Origin: Sphyrna mokarran
Lineage: Eukaryota
Length of the DNA: 64,000 nucleotides
Direction: 5' to 3'
NCBI GenBank assembly: GCA_024679065.1
Contig: JAGIQG010000004.1
Span: 54,684,001 to 54,748,000 of the forward strand
A program made the translations under genes and the position numbers. How positions within the stretch are numbered: the first letter of the stretch is position 1; each line of letters starts with the position of its first letter. Positions 1-11,800 of this stretch are shown here, piece after piece. The notes beneath the pieces were generated by a model. That model made no database searches. It was not told where the DNA came from and saw only the letters and a list, made by a program, of their open reading frames with translations.

Positions 1-120
1 TACTGGAAAACCTCAGGGGGTCTGATAGTTCTCTACACAGATGTTGTCAGGCCTGCTGAGATTTTCCGGCATTTTCTGTTTTTGTTTCAGATTCCAGCAC
101 TGGCAGTATTTTGCTTTTAT
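1..120. repeat. Short palindromic shark repeat (probably Penelope-derived), partial
   Basis: Same sequence family as 29798-29996, 27670-27760 and 16430-16500 (gaaaatgctggaaa..ctcagc arms). Confidence 0.6.
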
Positions 121-1079
121 AGTAGGAGCTGTCTGGATGTGTTCGCTGTTCTTCCCCTAGTTTATTTTCACCGCTGATAAAACAATCCCGAAACTGGATC
201 TAGCAGCATTGCGGGATCACGTGGATCGCAGAATTAAACTCGACATCAACTTTTCAAGTAAGTCCTACTCAGAATAGGCAGCAAATGGAGAACTTGCAGC
301 TTTGACAACACCCAAGCAATAAATTAAAAAAAACATATTATTTGTCGTATCAATTACATTATACTCCCCATCCCAATAGCTATTTGCGTTTCACTATCCG
401 ATGTTTCAATTAACCTTAATGTGAGAAGCATATCTTCAAACCCTACGAGGAACACGAAATTAAATCATGTGGCTTGTATAGATGTAGAAAATAGTACAAT
501 AAAACTGCTAAGATTGCAATGTAAGCTTCCTAAACAGTCAGCAAGAAATTATTCGACGTATATTTAGACAAGGTATTGAAAATTACACGAACATCAGGAC
601 AATAATAGTTAACTTCTATTAACCGGGGTAGTATCAATATAAAATATATAGAGGATACGTAATTCTTAGACTGTATTTGGGAGAACTTTGTTTTAAGACA
701 AATAATATGTAAACTCCAAATGACTTCATTTAGGAAATGAATCTGGACAGGCGAAAGGTGCCTCAGTAGGAGAATAATTTGGCAGTGATAATCATAAATC
801 AATTAGACTTTGATTGTTATGGGAAAGGCTCAAGATAGACCAAGACTGAAAACTTAACGTTTGTGAAAGGTCCAAAAATTAAACCGAGATAATATTTGGA
901 GAAGTTGGACCGCAGACAGTTTCTTGAAGGAAAATTTGTGTCTGAGCAACAGGAGCCATCCACGGCGAATTCCGAAACTTTCAAAACGACTATATTGCCG
1001 TAAAGAAAGAACGGAACTCCCAGGTATGGATTGTCGGACACAACCCCGCCCTTCAGATGTCAAACAGCCCCCCAGATGT

Positions 1080-3495
1080 CAATGTAGGATAAGGAAAAAT
1101 AAACCATGTCACATTCCGAAGGCCTGTATTGCAGGCGGTTTGGAGGAGTGTGAAAATGTCTGTGTGACATTTAAAAGGGAACTAAAGAAATAATGAGCGG
1201 GTGTGAAAAATACTGACGAGTATTGTTAAAGAAAACCGGAATATGCTTTATGAATGCGTAAAGAGCGAAAAAGAACAGCTACGTAATGAGATAGTCTGAT
1301 AAAGACTTCTGAAAAATGATATACTGTGTTGTGGCGGAAGACCTGAACATGATTCTCAATTAATACTGCACATCGGTGTTGCCAAAATATAGGTCTTATA
1401 TCGACGTTTTAATAAAAGATTGTTAAACTTTGGATGGTATAAGTATTGCGAGAGAGAGCATAGCATTGTTGAAAGTGGATAGATAACCAGTTCTGGAAGA
1501 AATCTATCCTAAGCTACTAAGAGAAACAATGCAGGAAATAATGCGAGCTCCGCCTACCATCTTTCTCACTTATCTGGCTACAAGCCTCGTGCCAAAGGAC
1601 TACGGACAACTAAAATTGTCTCTAAAATTGGCGCTTCGCAGTGCCAGGGACTCAGGTTCGATTCCCTGCTTGAGTCACTATCTGTGCTTTGTTTGCACGT
1701 CTTCCGCGTAACTGCGTGGGTTTCCTTCGGGTGTTCCGGTGTCCTCCCACAGTTCAGCGCAGACGTGCTGATCAGGTACACAGACGTACTGGCTAGGGGC
1801 ATTGACCATTCTAGATTCTTTTTCAGTGTATTGGAACAGGCGTCGTGGTATGGCTTCTGGAGGATTTTTATAATAACTTGATTACAATTTTAACATAAGC
1901 CTACTTGTGAAATTCAGAAATAAACTTTAAGCATTAAACTTTAACTTATATAAAAACAGGGAAAGGATAGACCTCGTGATTACAGACAAGACAGCCTAAC
2001 CGTGGCTGGGTCAATTTATTGGGGAAAGAATCTGATAATTGTAAAAAATGCGTGTACAAATCAGTGACACCCACATGGACATACTAAGGGAAGTTTGTGT
2101 CTGCATAAACTGATTGATTTATTTGACGAGGTGGCAAGGAGAACTAGTGAGGGTGACACGTTCAATATAGTCTATGTGGATTTAGCAGGACCTTTGGCAT
2201 GATTCAACATTGCAAACTAGTCAGTAAGATCATAGTCTCTAAAGTGGCAAATTGGATCTAAAATTCGATGAGTGGCAATAAGCCAACAGCAAAGAACGTT
2301 TGTCGAAGAATGTCTTTTATACGTTTCCAGACGGATTCGACGGAATTCAGGGTTTAGGTGCCTTGTTTCTCATGGGTATGTATCAAAACTCGAGGGTGAA
2401 ATTTATTTGGCATGATTAAGAAGTTTTCAGATGACATAAAATTACTCGTGTTGAAAGTAATGATGGGAGATGCAGCACTCAGGAAGATATCTATGAATTG
2501 GTCAGATGGGAAGAAAGGTGGCAAGTGGAATTCAGCCTGAAAATATGTGAGGAAATTTGGGGAGTAGGAAACAACTCAACGTTCAACAAATGACAGGACA
2601 TTAAGAAGTGTGTAGAAGAACAGAGGTACGTTCACAGATCCGTAAATGCAGCAGGTCACGTGGATGAAATAGTTGAAGTGCATATGGGATATTTTCCTTC
2701 ATTAGGCCAGGCAGCAAATATGACAACATGGAAGTCAAGTTGGGAATGCACTAAACACTAGCTAGGCCAAAGCCACAATCCTGCGTAACAGGTAAGCTAA
2801 GCGTGCGTTCGTAGCAAAGAGGATACACAGCAGACTTACAGGAATGTTGTCTGGAATTGAGAATTTTAGCTATGGGAAAAAAACAGACTGGTGTTGTTTT
2901 ACTTGTAACAGATAAGGCTGAGATAAATTTGAGGTATATAAAATTATGAATCGAATGCATGTGAATGATCTATTAACGTTAATATCTAACCTTACAGAAA
3001 TGTTAATATGTCAGGGACATAAATTTAAAGTAATTGGCACTGCCTAAAAGGGCGATAATTACAAAGGAGCTCATCTCAATTAAAGCAGTACGTGGATATA
3101 GATTCGACATAACTCACATGGCTATGATCCAAGAGCTCGAAAATGAGCTTAGGCTGATGCCAGAGCTCTAACGGACGTTTGGCCAGGGCGAATACAATAG
3201 AGGGGTCAATAACCAGGACACATGCAAATAAGGTAAGCTGCAGGCGATCTAGAGGGGACTTGAAAATCTCTTTCACCCTAAAGTTAGTTGGAATCTGGCA
3301 TTTGCTGCCTGAAAGAGTGGTAGAGGTGAGAAATTTCACAACATAAAAAAACATATAGATGAACACCAGAAACGCCATGCCATTCAAAGCTACGAACCAC
3401 TTGTTGGCATATGGGATGCGAATAGATAAACGCTTGATGGACCGTAGGGCAAGATGGGTGGGATGATGTCTTTCAGTACTGTTAAGTCGATGACT
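1080..3495 (+). mobile_element. Old degraded CR1 LINE, ORF2 region and 3' end, interrupted by a SINE
   Basis: Degenerate RT motifs (aagttttcagatgacataaaa = KF.DD.K; aggtggcaagtggaattc = RWQ.EF); many stops. Boundaries approximate. Confidence 0.65.
1630..1945 (+). mobile_element. tRNA-derived V-SINE (HE1-related)
   Basis: B box ggttcgattcc, V-domain gcgtgggtttccttcgggtgttccgg, taaactt tail. Confidence 0.75.
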
Positions 3496-3829
3496 ATGAC
3501 TGCTGCGTCGTAAATGTTTCATGTTTGCTTGCCACGATCTAGAATATCTTTGCATGGGACTATTATTCGCAATCTCTTTCTTCTTGTTCTCAATCTCGTT
3601 AACCTTTACTAAGGTCACTTCTCACTTTGGCTTTCCCAATTATCCAATATGCTTAACTGTAGTTACAAGAACCAATACTGTGCAATTGTCAATTTGTCCA
3701 GGAAAACCAAATGCTTTTCTTACCTTTGTTATCCGAAACGCATGGATTTCTAGCAGTGTCATAAGTATACAAATTAGAAGATCCCTGTGAACAAACCAAG
3801 GTTAATTTCTGAATCCGCAGTCATAAAAC

Positions 3830-3845
3830 GTCGAACATCATTGCG
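3830..3845 (+). promoter_or_regulatory. Candidate CRE/ATF-half-site promoter element shared by the three paralogs
   Basis: gtcgaacatcattgcg here, gtcaaacgtcattgcg at 23598-23613 and ctcatacgtcatcact at 37381-37396. They start 107, 107 and 106 bp before the respective ATGs. Confidence 0.55.
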
Positions 3846-3936
3846 ACGTAACACAGAGAAAGTAAACCGCAAACTATTCTTCACAGTTGCAAGCTCGCAG
3901 CTACTGTAGAGTCAACAGTTGTATTCGTTGCTAAGA

Positions 3937-3988
3937 ATGACGAAAATGTTTTTTCTGTGCCTGATCCTCCAAGGGATTAATCACACAG
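3937..3988 (+). CDS. Gene A exon 1, signal peptide MTKMFFLCLILQGINHT
   Basis: ATG plus hydrophobic stretch, phase-1 donor G|gtagc, and a 160-bp intron before the V exon. Confidence 0.75.
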
Positions 3989-6455
3989 GTAGCAATTTAT
4001 TCATTTCCCAATTACTTTAATCGATAACTAGCTCCGAAGTAGTTTCTATGTCAATTTAGCGAACCTCATTTCCTCTATCTAGTTTATGTTTTGAACTTTT
4101 ATGTTGTATCCTATTCAATTGACGTGTGTTCGTCTACATTTCTGACAGCTGCGGACCACACTTCGTTCAGCGTGTCTCAAGCGCCAGTAGAAACGTCTAT
4201 ATCCAGAGGAGGAAACATCACCTTCTACTGCATATTCCCCATTTTTCCATCCCAGTCCTGGGTACGGGTATTATGGTGGAAACATGGTGAGAATGAATTC
4301 CTGCATTCAAACCCAGACAAGAGAAAAATGGTTGGTATGGAAAATAAAGTCAGCGGTTTCATTCGCTTAATAAATGTGACATTTCAAGACTCTGGAATCT
4401 ATCACTGTACGGTGATCTGTCAGGGAGTAGGTCAACGAAATGGAACAGGATCACATCTAATTGTGCATGGTAAATGTCAAATATACTTGTCAAATATACA
4501 TAGCATCTTTTGACTGTTACACCGATCCATTTTTATTAGTGTTAACATGATTAGTAATACAAGCAGTATTGTTCTCTCTATATAATTGTTATTTGGCCAT
4601 GCAATGTCAGACGCAGAGTACTGCGAAATGATTCAATATTATTGAATTTGACAACAACTATGAAGGCAACTTATGCGCCAACTGAATGATCCTGGAAACC
4701 CATAGCGGTTTCCAAACATATAACAAAATGAAAATCATTTATAATAAAGGCATCATCCAATCAGTTGATCTTGCTCATTTGAGACACGCACCATCCTGAA
4801 CATCATTTATGTTAAAATTCATCTCCCAGTAAGTACACCATTCTTGTTAACTTCAAATTCTTTTTCTGCCTCTATCACTGTCCTGGCGGCTTAGTATTCC
4901 TGAAATCCTGAGATTTCGACGAGGTTCGTATACAATAGGTAAAAATTTAAAAAGTCAGGAGGCCGCGTTTTTGAATTGTACTATTATAAGAAAATGAAAC
5001 GAATGTATATCAGAACTTAATTTATCCAAATCGAGCACATTACTTGACTTTGTTCACTCTGTGTTCCGCAGCGGCCCCAATACTATTGAATCTTATCTCC
5101 AGGGCGTCTGAAGGGAATTTATCTGCGGCTTTGACTCTAGTCTGTGAAACGGCAGCGTTTTACCCGGAAAATTTCACGCTGACTTGGTATAAAAACGGAG
5201 CTGAAACTACACTTGGAATACACACCAGTAAAGTGCAAAACAGAGAGGGGTTATATGAAGTTTCCAGCTCTTTTGTTGAAACGCAGCCTGTCCCGAGCGA
5301 CGCCAATTATACACGCTTGGTATCTCATGTCTCCCTCGAGACTCCGGCAGTTGTCACCTACGTTCGCTCTAAATCTAGCCAAGGTACGATGACAGGACTC
5401 CAAAAAGGGATTAAACAATTATTGAATTCGTAAAGGGATATAATGGACAGTTTGCGCATAAAGATACTCATGGCGATAATTCACGACATTTCATTGGAAA
5501 TATTAATGAAAATATTAGATTTATTTGAATCATATATTTCAATCTAATGTTATAACATCGGTTACACACATGTTGTCTGTTATGCCTTACTATTAATAAT
5601 TTCCACTATTGTATGTACAACATATACTAGAACATATAAGATCGAAATCGGAGTTCATCATAGGGCCCGTTCGAATCTGAGTGGCCATTCAATAAAATAA
5701 TTACTGACTTTCTACATAAACTGTACTTTCCAGTCCGATCCCCTAACGATTGCAACCTTATATATACTCAGTGACTCAACATTCATAACTTTCTGAGGTA
5801 CAGAATTCCTAAGATTTGAAACTCTTGAATGAATGAATGAAGAATTCTGTCCTAATCGCAGCCTGAGATGATAAAACCCTTACCTTATGACTTTGATCCG
5901 AAGTTTTAGACTTCCAGCCAGAGATAGTAGTTTGCTGACTTAATTTATGGAAAGAAATGATTTTTTTCCCGTTCTGTATTATAGTTCCTGGGAACACTAT
6001 TAGTTTAACGAATGAACTGTTCGTCAGCAAACTTCTAAAACACTCACCACTATGTGTAACATATGTTTATGTTCTTATTAATTTTGCAGATTATGCCGGT
6101 ATGTCCCTTTACTACTCGTGTTTCAGATACGTGGTGGGTGTATTGGCGTTTGCACTACTCCTGATCATCATTAGGGCGCACTGCCAAATACCGATTAAGA
6201 ATGGTAAAGTCTAATGTAAGCGTTTGATTTTAATACAATCGTCAGATGCCGAGCGTCGAGAGAGTGAGAATCTACATGGAGAGAGGATTTTATTGAAGTC
6301 TGAACTTCAGTCCAGAGCAAGCCACTGATTGCCCCAAGTAGTGACAAATTCTTCATTCAAAACATGGTAATTATTGCAATACCATGCCACAAATGGATCT
6401 GATTAATTGTATATCTGTCACTGACATTTTTCACTTTGCAGCAACTGCTGAATGA
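3937..6455 (+). CDS. Gene A: VJ-C1-TM IgSF receptor, predicted activating (NKp30/SIRP-beta-like architecture), 270 aa
   Basis: Manual splice model with GT-AG introns, all phase 1: leader 3937-3988, V 4149-4469, C1 5072-5383, TM 6090-6203, last exon 6442-6455 (ATAE*). Total 813 nt in one open frame. The last exon is the least certain part. Confidence 0.8.
4149..4469 (+). CDS. Gene A exon 2, V-set Ig domain with J-like end
   Basis: SVSQAP..ITFYC..WWK..QDSGIYHC..NGTGSHLIV; acceptor tctgacag, donor G|gtaaat. Confidence 0.93.
5072..5383 (+). CDS. Gene A exon 3, C1-set Ig domain (second Cys replaced by Arg)
   Basis: LVCETAAFYPENFTLTWYKNG..GLYEVSSS..YTRLVSHVSL; acceptor ttccgcag, donor G|gtacga; 312 bp as in both paralogs. 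Confidence 0.92.
5625..5960 (-). mobile_element. Old CR1 3' fragment in gene A intron 3
   Basis: agaacatataaga tail and degenerate ORF2 end (cagaattcc..agatt, aagaattct.tcct); approximate. Confidence 0.5.
6090..6203 (+). CDS. Gene A exon 4, transmembrane segment containing Arg
   Basis: DYAGMSLYYSCFRYVVGVLAFALLLIIIRAHCQIPIKN; acceptor ttaattttgcag (same as the gene B TM exon acceptor), donor G|gtaaag. Confidence 0.85.
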
Positions 6456-7689
6456 AATATGTCGTTTCGCATAGTTTCCAACTAGTCTGCAGTGAGACCG
6501 CAGTTAGTTTGCATGGAGCCTTGTATCGTTCAGACCTGAAATGGTTGCAGGTCACTGCTGTCGTGCACAGGACTTGGCACTTCGAATACTGTCGAGAAAT
6601 CTATTTTGGAAAAACACGTTCTACTTTGGTACCTTCTCGCGTAAGGAGTTTGCAAAAATTGACAATTGAACTAAGTGAGTATTTAAAAAAAAAACTCCTC
6701 ATGACTGAATTTCAGTCGTTCACCTGGCAAAAGCCTAAGGAACATAGCAGCTGCACGTTCATTTGCGCATCTTCGGAAAGGCTTGAAATGAGAAAATAAA
6801 GGTCGCATAATGATCAATTTATTTATTGTTGGAAGCATTTGTCTGGCAAGAAATACTTAACACCACGAGCTCGAGAATGAAACTGCTTTTGCGAAAATAA
6901 AATCAGGCGTGGCGTTGTTAGTTCGCTCTTGTCCCTGTTGCAATATCGCGGAAGACCAATTTGTTCCAGCCATCCAGTGTTTACTGTTCTAAATAGATAC
7001 GGAGCAGAAAACAAAACTAATGGTTTTGTTAAAATTTAAAGCTGTAATCATTTTTATAATTTTATCTATATTTGGGAAAAAAAGCTAGCAAATCTGTATT
7101 CAAGCAAAGCAGGAAGTTTAACGATTTCAGTAACTTGGTGTGGCGAGCGCTTTGACATTTAAAATTTAAATTCTAATTTTAAAATTTAACTATAATTACT
7201 ATTCGCAATAGCCGGTATTCAGATTTGCAGTTATTTGAAATTATTCAGCATGGCTTCTGTGCTTTATCTCCAGCCATTCTGCTTAATGTTTCACCAGTAG
7301 AATGTAAAATGATTCAGGAAAGTGAAAGAGACATTAAAATATTTTTCCGTTCCATGTAAGAAACACAGGTTGAAATCGCCAATATGTTGCAGCACATTTA
7401 AGTAGAGCCTTTTACATTCCAAAACTTATAATTGAATTGGAGAGACCCGTGCACCCTCAGGCGGTGCTGAGATCAGACCGACAGCCATTATCACAGGACT
7501 ATATGTTACCACAATATTCCCGTGATAATGAATAATACATACAGGGTTGGCTGTTTTCTGCCGTGTATTGCAGCTCGGTTCTGTGCATTTTTTAATTCCT
7601 CATGAATACTTTGTGTAGAAGCCAATAAAACTGGAAAGAACACCAATTAATAATCTCCCCAAACATTAATTTTTCAGACCAAACAAGTT

Positions 7690-8360
7690 AACATCATGTA
7701 TAAGGTCAATAAAATAAATTTTATTAGACCTTGCTTATTTCAATCAAGCATTATTAATTTCCGTGCGTAAAATTGCAAAACCTGGTTTTTGATCTGCGTG
7801 TTTTGTATTCTGACGCCTAGAGTTGATGATTCTTTTGAAATGGACTCTACAATATATTGATTGGCCCACAGACGCATCAGAACACAGGGGCCTTCGCGGT
7901 TTAGAACGTTCAAACTCCAAAAGAGAAAAATGAAGAAGATTAAATGTAACAACTGAAAAAGAGTAACGTGTGACATTATTTTGTAACTGAGTATAAAGTA
8001 TAAGAGTTTGCTATTGTTTAACGATTCGTGGAAATTTATTTGCTTTTGCTTAACGATTTGTGGAAATTTACTTGAATTGCATGTGATAGTTATTTGATTG
8101 CCTTGATTGCCTTGTATAGTTCGACGAATCGGTGCCATTTAATGAATCAACACGCTGACTATTGAGTTATCATGTATAAAGTCAATAAAATATATGTTAT
8201 TAGAACTTGCTTATTTTAAATATTTTTAATTTTCATGCTAACATTTGCGAAATCTGGTTTTTGATCTGTGGAGTCCTATTTTGACGTTTAGAGTTGATGA
8301 TTGTTTTGAATTGGAGTCTGCAATTTATTTGCTGACGCACAAAAACCTTAGAACACAGTT
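7690..8360 (+). repeat. Diverged local direct duplication (~200-bp units at ~7690-7888 and ~8168-8358)
   Basis: atcatgtataa.gtcaataaaata.at.ttattaga.cttgcttattt..ctggtttttgatctg..agagttgatgatt..agaacacag is present in both units. Confidence 0.8.
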
Positions 8361-8877
8361 TGCATCTGATAAGATAGGAGGTGCATTTCTCTTAGTTCCC
8401 TGTGACTATCATTCCCATTCGATATCATATGTCCAGAAAATTACAGGTCACTGGCAAATGACTGACTTTAATTGTGTTTACTGGGGGTTGTCTTTAGAAC
8501 GAAAACAACCTTAAGAGCTTCTACGTCTAGCAATAATAATGAGTCGGCGTATAGTGTTGAGTATAGGTACGAACAATAATCGTGCAGAGTTGAAAACCCT
8601 TTTCTTATTGGAGATTAAGTCCTATTTAAGTGTGGCTATGTTAGCAGCAGATGACAGAATGCTCGTAATTATCGTGTTTAAATGATAAATTATTTAGGAA
8701 GTAAATTAGTTAGCAAGTATCTCACTTAAATTAGAGTTAGAACATTGCACAGTTAGTTAATAGAAGAAATGCAGACCACCGTTTCTGATGATATAAGCGT
8801 AACTTAGTACAACACAGAGTGAATGGGTGTTGTTCTCAATGTGTTTGTTTGACAATTGTTTGCGGTTAACACACATT

Positions 8878-11800
8878 AGAACAAAGAACACAGAGCAAAA
8901 CAGCGCGGGAAACAGGCCCTTCGGCCCAATGAGCCGGCACTGCCACCTCGATGTTCGCACTTCTACTCATGATCTCTGTCTATGTTTATAGATCTATGCA
9001 TTGGAACCAAATTTGAGAGACAATTTAGGGAGAATTTGTTTTGCCAATCAGCCTAAGAGCACATCTTTGGGGTGTGGCAGGAAACTGGAGCACCCAGAGA
9101 AAACCCACGCAACCACGGGGAGAATGCACAAACTCCCGCAGATACAGGACCAAATCCATGTATCTGCACAGCACAGTGACAGTCAGTGAGCTGTCGTGTT
9201 GCCCATCAATTGGTCAGTTCAAGCGTGACACTAAACTACTCTCAAAAAATCCAAGAGCAGCCTTCTCATGACCCATGGCGTATGTGCCCCTTGTTAGACA
9301 AGGTGGACCGAAGTACCTGTAGGATAAAACAGAAATACATCTATATCATTGACAATTTACACACTTCCCAGGGAACTCCCAAGGCTCGTGATCCCTATTT
9401 TAAATCAATTTTCTATATCCCTCCATTCCCATTCTGTTCATGTGCCCATCTAAGTATCCCTTAAATAACTCCAGAATGCCTGCCTCCACCACTTTATTTG
9501 GCAGTGCATTCCATACCCCCACCACCTTTGTGTGAAAAAACTCCCTCTAGCATCCAAATTATACCTTACCCCCCTCACCCTAAGCCCGTGACCCCTCGTG
9601 ATATTTGAGTCCATCCTAGGAAAAAGCTTAACCCTGTTTACCCTATCTATACCCCTCAATCCTGTACACCTTTATTAGATCTCCTCTAAGTCTACATATT
9701 TCTAAGGAAAACAGCACCAATTTGCCTAACTTCTCCTCGTAATTTAGACCTTCCATACCAGGCAGCATCCTGGTAAACCTCCTCTGCACTCTCTCCAGAG
9801 TCTTCACGTTCTTCCGGTAGTAGGGTGACCAGAACTGGATGCAGTATTCCAAATGAGGTCTAACCAATGTTCTATACAACTGCAACATTAAATGCCAGCT
9901 CTTGTACTCTATTACCCTTCTTATAAAGGCTAGCATACCATATGCTTTCTTCACAACCTTCTCCACCTGCTCTGCCACCTTCAGAGACTTGTGCACCTGC
10001 ACTCCCAGATCCCTCTGCGTTTCTATACTCTTAATAGGTCTACCCTTTATCATATACCTCCCTCTACATTCTCTCCTGAAATGCATCACCTCACATTTGT
10101 CAGGATTGAATTCCATTTGCCATCTATCTGCCCAAGCTACCAGCCTATGTCCTGCTGTATCGCCTGACAATGCTCTGCACTATCCGCAAGTCCAGCCATC
10201 TTTGTATCGTCTGCAAACTTGCTGATCACTCCACTTATTCCCTCTTCCAAGTCATTTATATATATTACAAATACAAGAGGTCACAGTACCGAGCCCTGCA
10301 GCATACCACTAGTGACCGACCTCCAGCTAGAAAAACACCCTTCCACTAATACTCTCTGTCTCCTATTACCAAGCCAGTTACTTATCCATCTAGCTACCTG
10401 TCCTTGTATTCCATTAGTCTTGACCTTTTCAACTAACCTTCCATGAGGGACTTTGTCAAACGCCTTACTGAAATCCACGTAGACAACATCAACAGCTCGC
10501 CCGTGGACTGTTTTTGTCACCTCCTCAAAAAATTCTAACAGATTTGTAAGACACAACCTCCCCTTAACAAAGCCATGCTGCGTATCCCTAATCAGATCAC
10601 AATGCTCTAAGTGCCTCGCCCCAACAGCTTCCCTACCACTTCTGTCAAACTCACCGGCCTATAGTTTCCAGGGTTTTCCCTACTACCCTTTTCAAACAAC
10701 GGTACAACATTAGCTGTTCTCCAGTGCTCTGGGACCTCACCTGTGTCCAAAGAAGAGACAAAGATTTGTGTCAGAGGTCTAGCAATTTCACCTCGCACCT
10801 CCCTAAGCAGCCTGGGATAAATGCCATCAAGCCTGGGAGAATTGTCGGTTGTAATGCTATCTAGAATCTCTAACACTTCCTCCCTCGGTATGGCTATTTC
10901 CCTCAACTGGTCTACGGCTCCCTCAGAGACAGGGCAGGTCAACAAGCTCCTCTCCTTCGTGAATACTGAGACAAAGTATTCATTCAGGATCTCTCCCATT
11001 CCCTTGGGTTCTAAACACAGTTTCCCTCCTCTGTCCCTAAGAATTCCGATTTTTCTCTAACCACCCTTTTATTCCTAACATTGGGTTAAGGAAAATCCAA
11101 AGGCTTTTTACTCCTATCTGCCAAAATCACTTCATGCCCCCTTTTTGCCCTTTTAACTCCCTGTTTGAGCTCCCTCCTACTCTCTCTAGTCCCTCCTACT
11201 CTCCCTCCAGTGCTGTCTCTGTTCCCAGTTGCTTTGACCTAACATACGCCTCTCTTTTCTTCCTAACCAACCCTCAATATCTCGAGTAATCCATGGCTCT
11301 CTAATTCTACTTTTCCCATCCTTCCCTTTAGCCAGCACATATGTTTCTTGCAACACTTTCAGTATTCCCTTGAAAGAATCCCACATGCCTAACTTGGACT
11401 TACCCTCGAACAACCATTCCCAATCAGTTTCCATAAATCCCTGCCTAATCCGATTGTAGTTAGTCTTCCCCCAATTCAGCACCTTTCCACTAGGGCAACA
11501 AGCATTCTTTTCCATTTGTATCCTAAAGTAGACAGAATTGTGGTCATTATTAGCCACATATTCTCCTACTACAGCCTCCACCTCCTGACCTGGCTCATTA
11601 CTCACAACTAAATCCAATATAGCCCCTTCTCTAGTCAGACTAGCTACATACTGCTGCAATGATCCTTCTCGTACACATTTTACAAATTTCTCACCGTACG
11701 AGCAGCCATCTCTAGGTACCTTCCAATTTACCCCAGGGAGATTAAAATCTCCCACTATAACAACTCTGTTCTTTCTGCACCTATCCAAAATGTCTTTACA

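Noticed and set aside
1645-1670. tRNA genes at GGTTCGATTCC B-box matches
   Set aside because: They are heads of tRNA-derived SINEs followed by the V-domain; no cloverleaf.
3076-3618. 180-aa minus-strand ORF and similar antisense ORFs (9902, 49555, 57538, 59124)
   Set aside because: They are antisense to CR1 ORF2 remnants and show no independent protein features.
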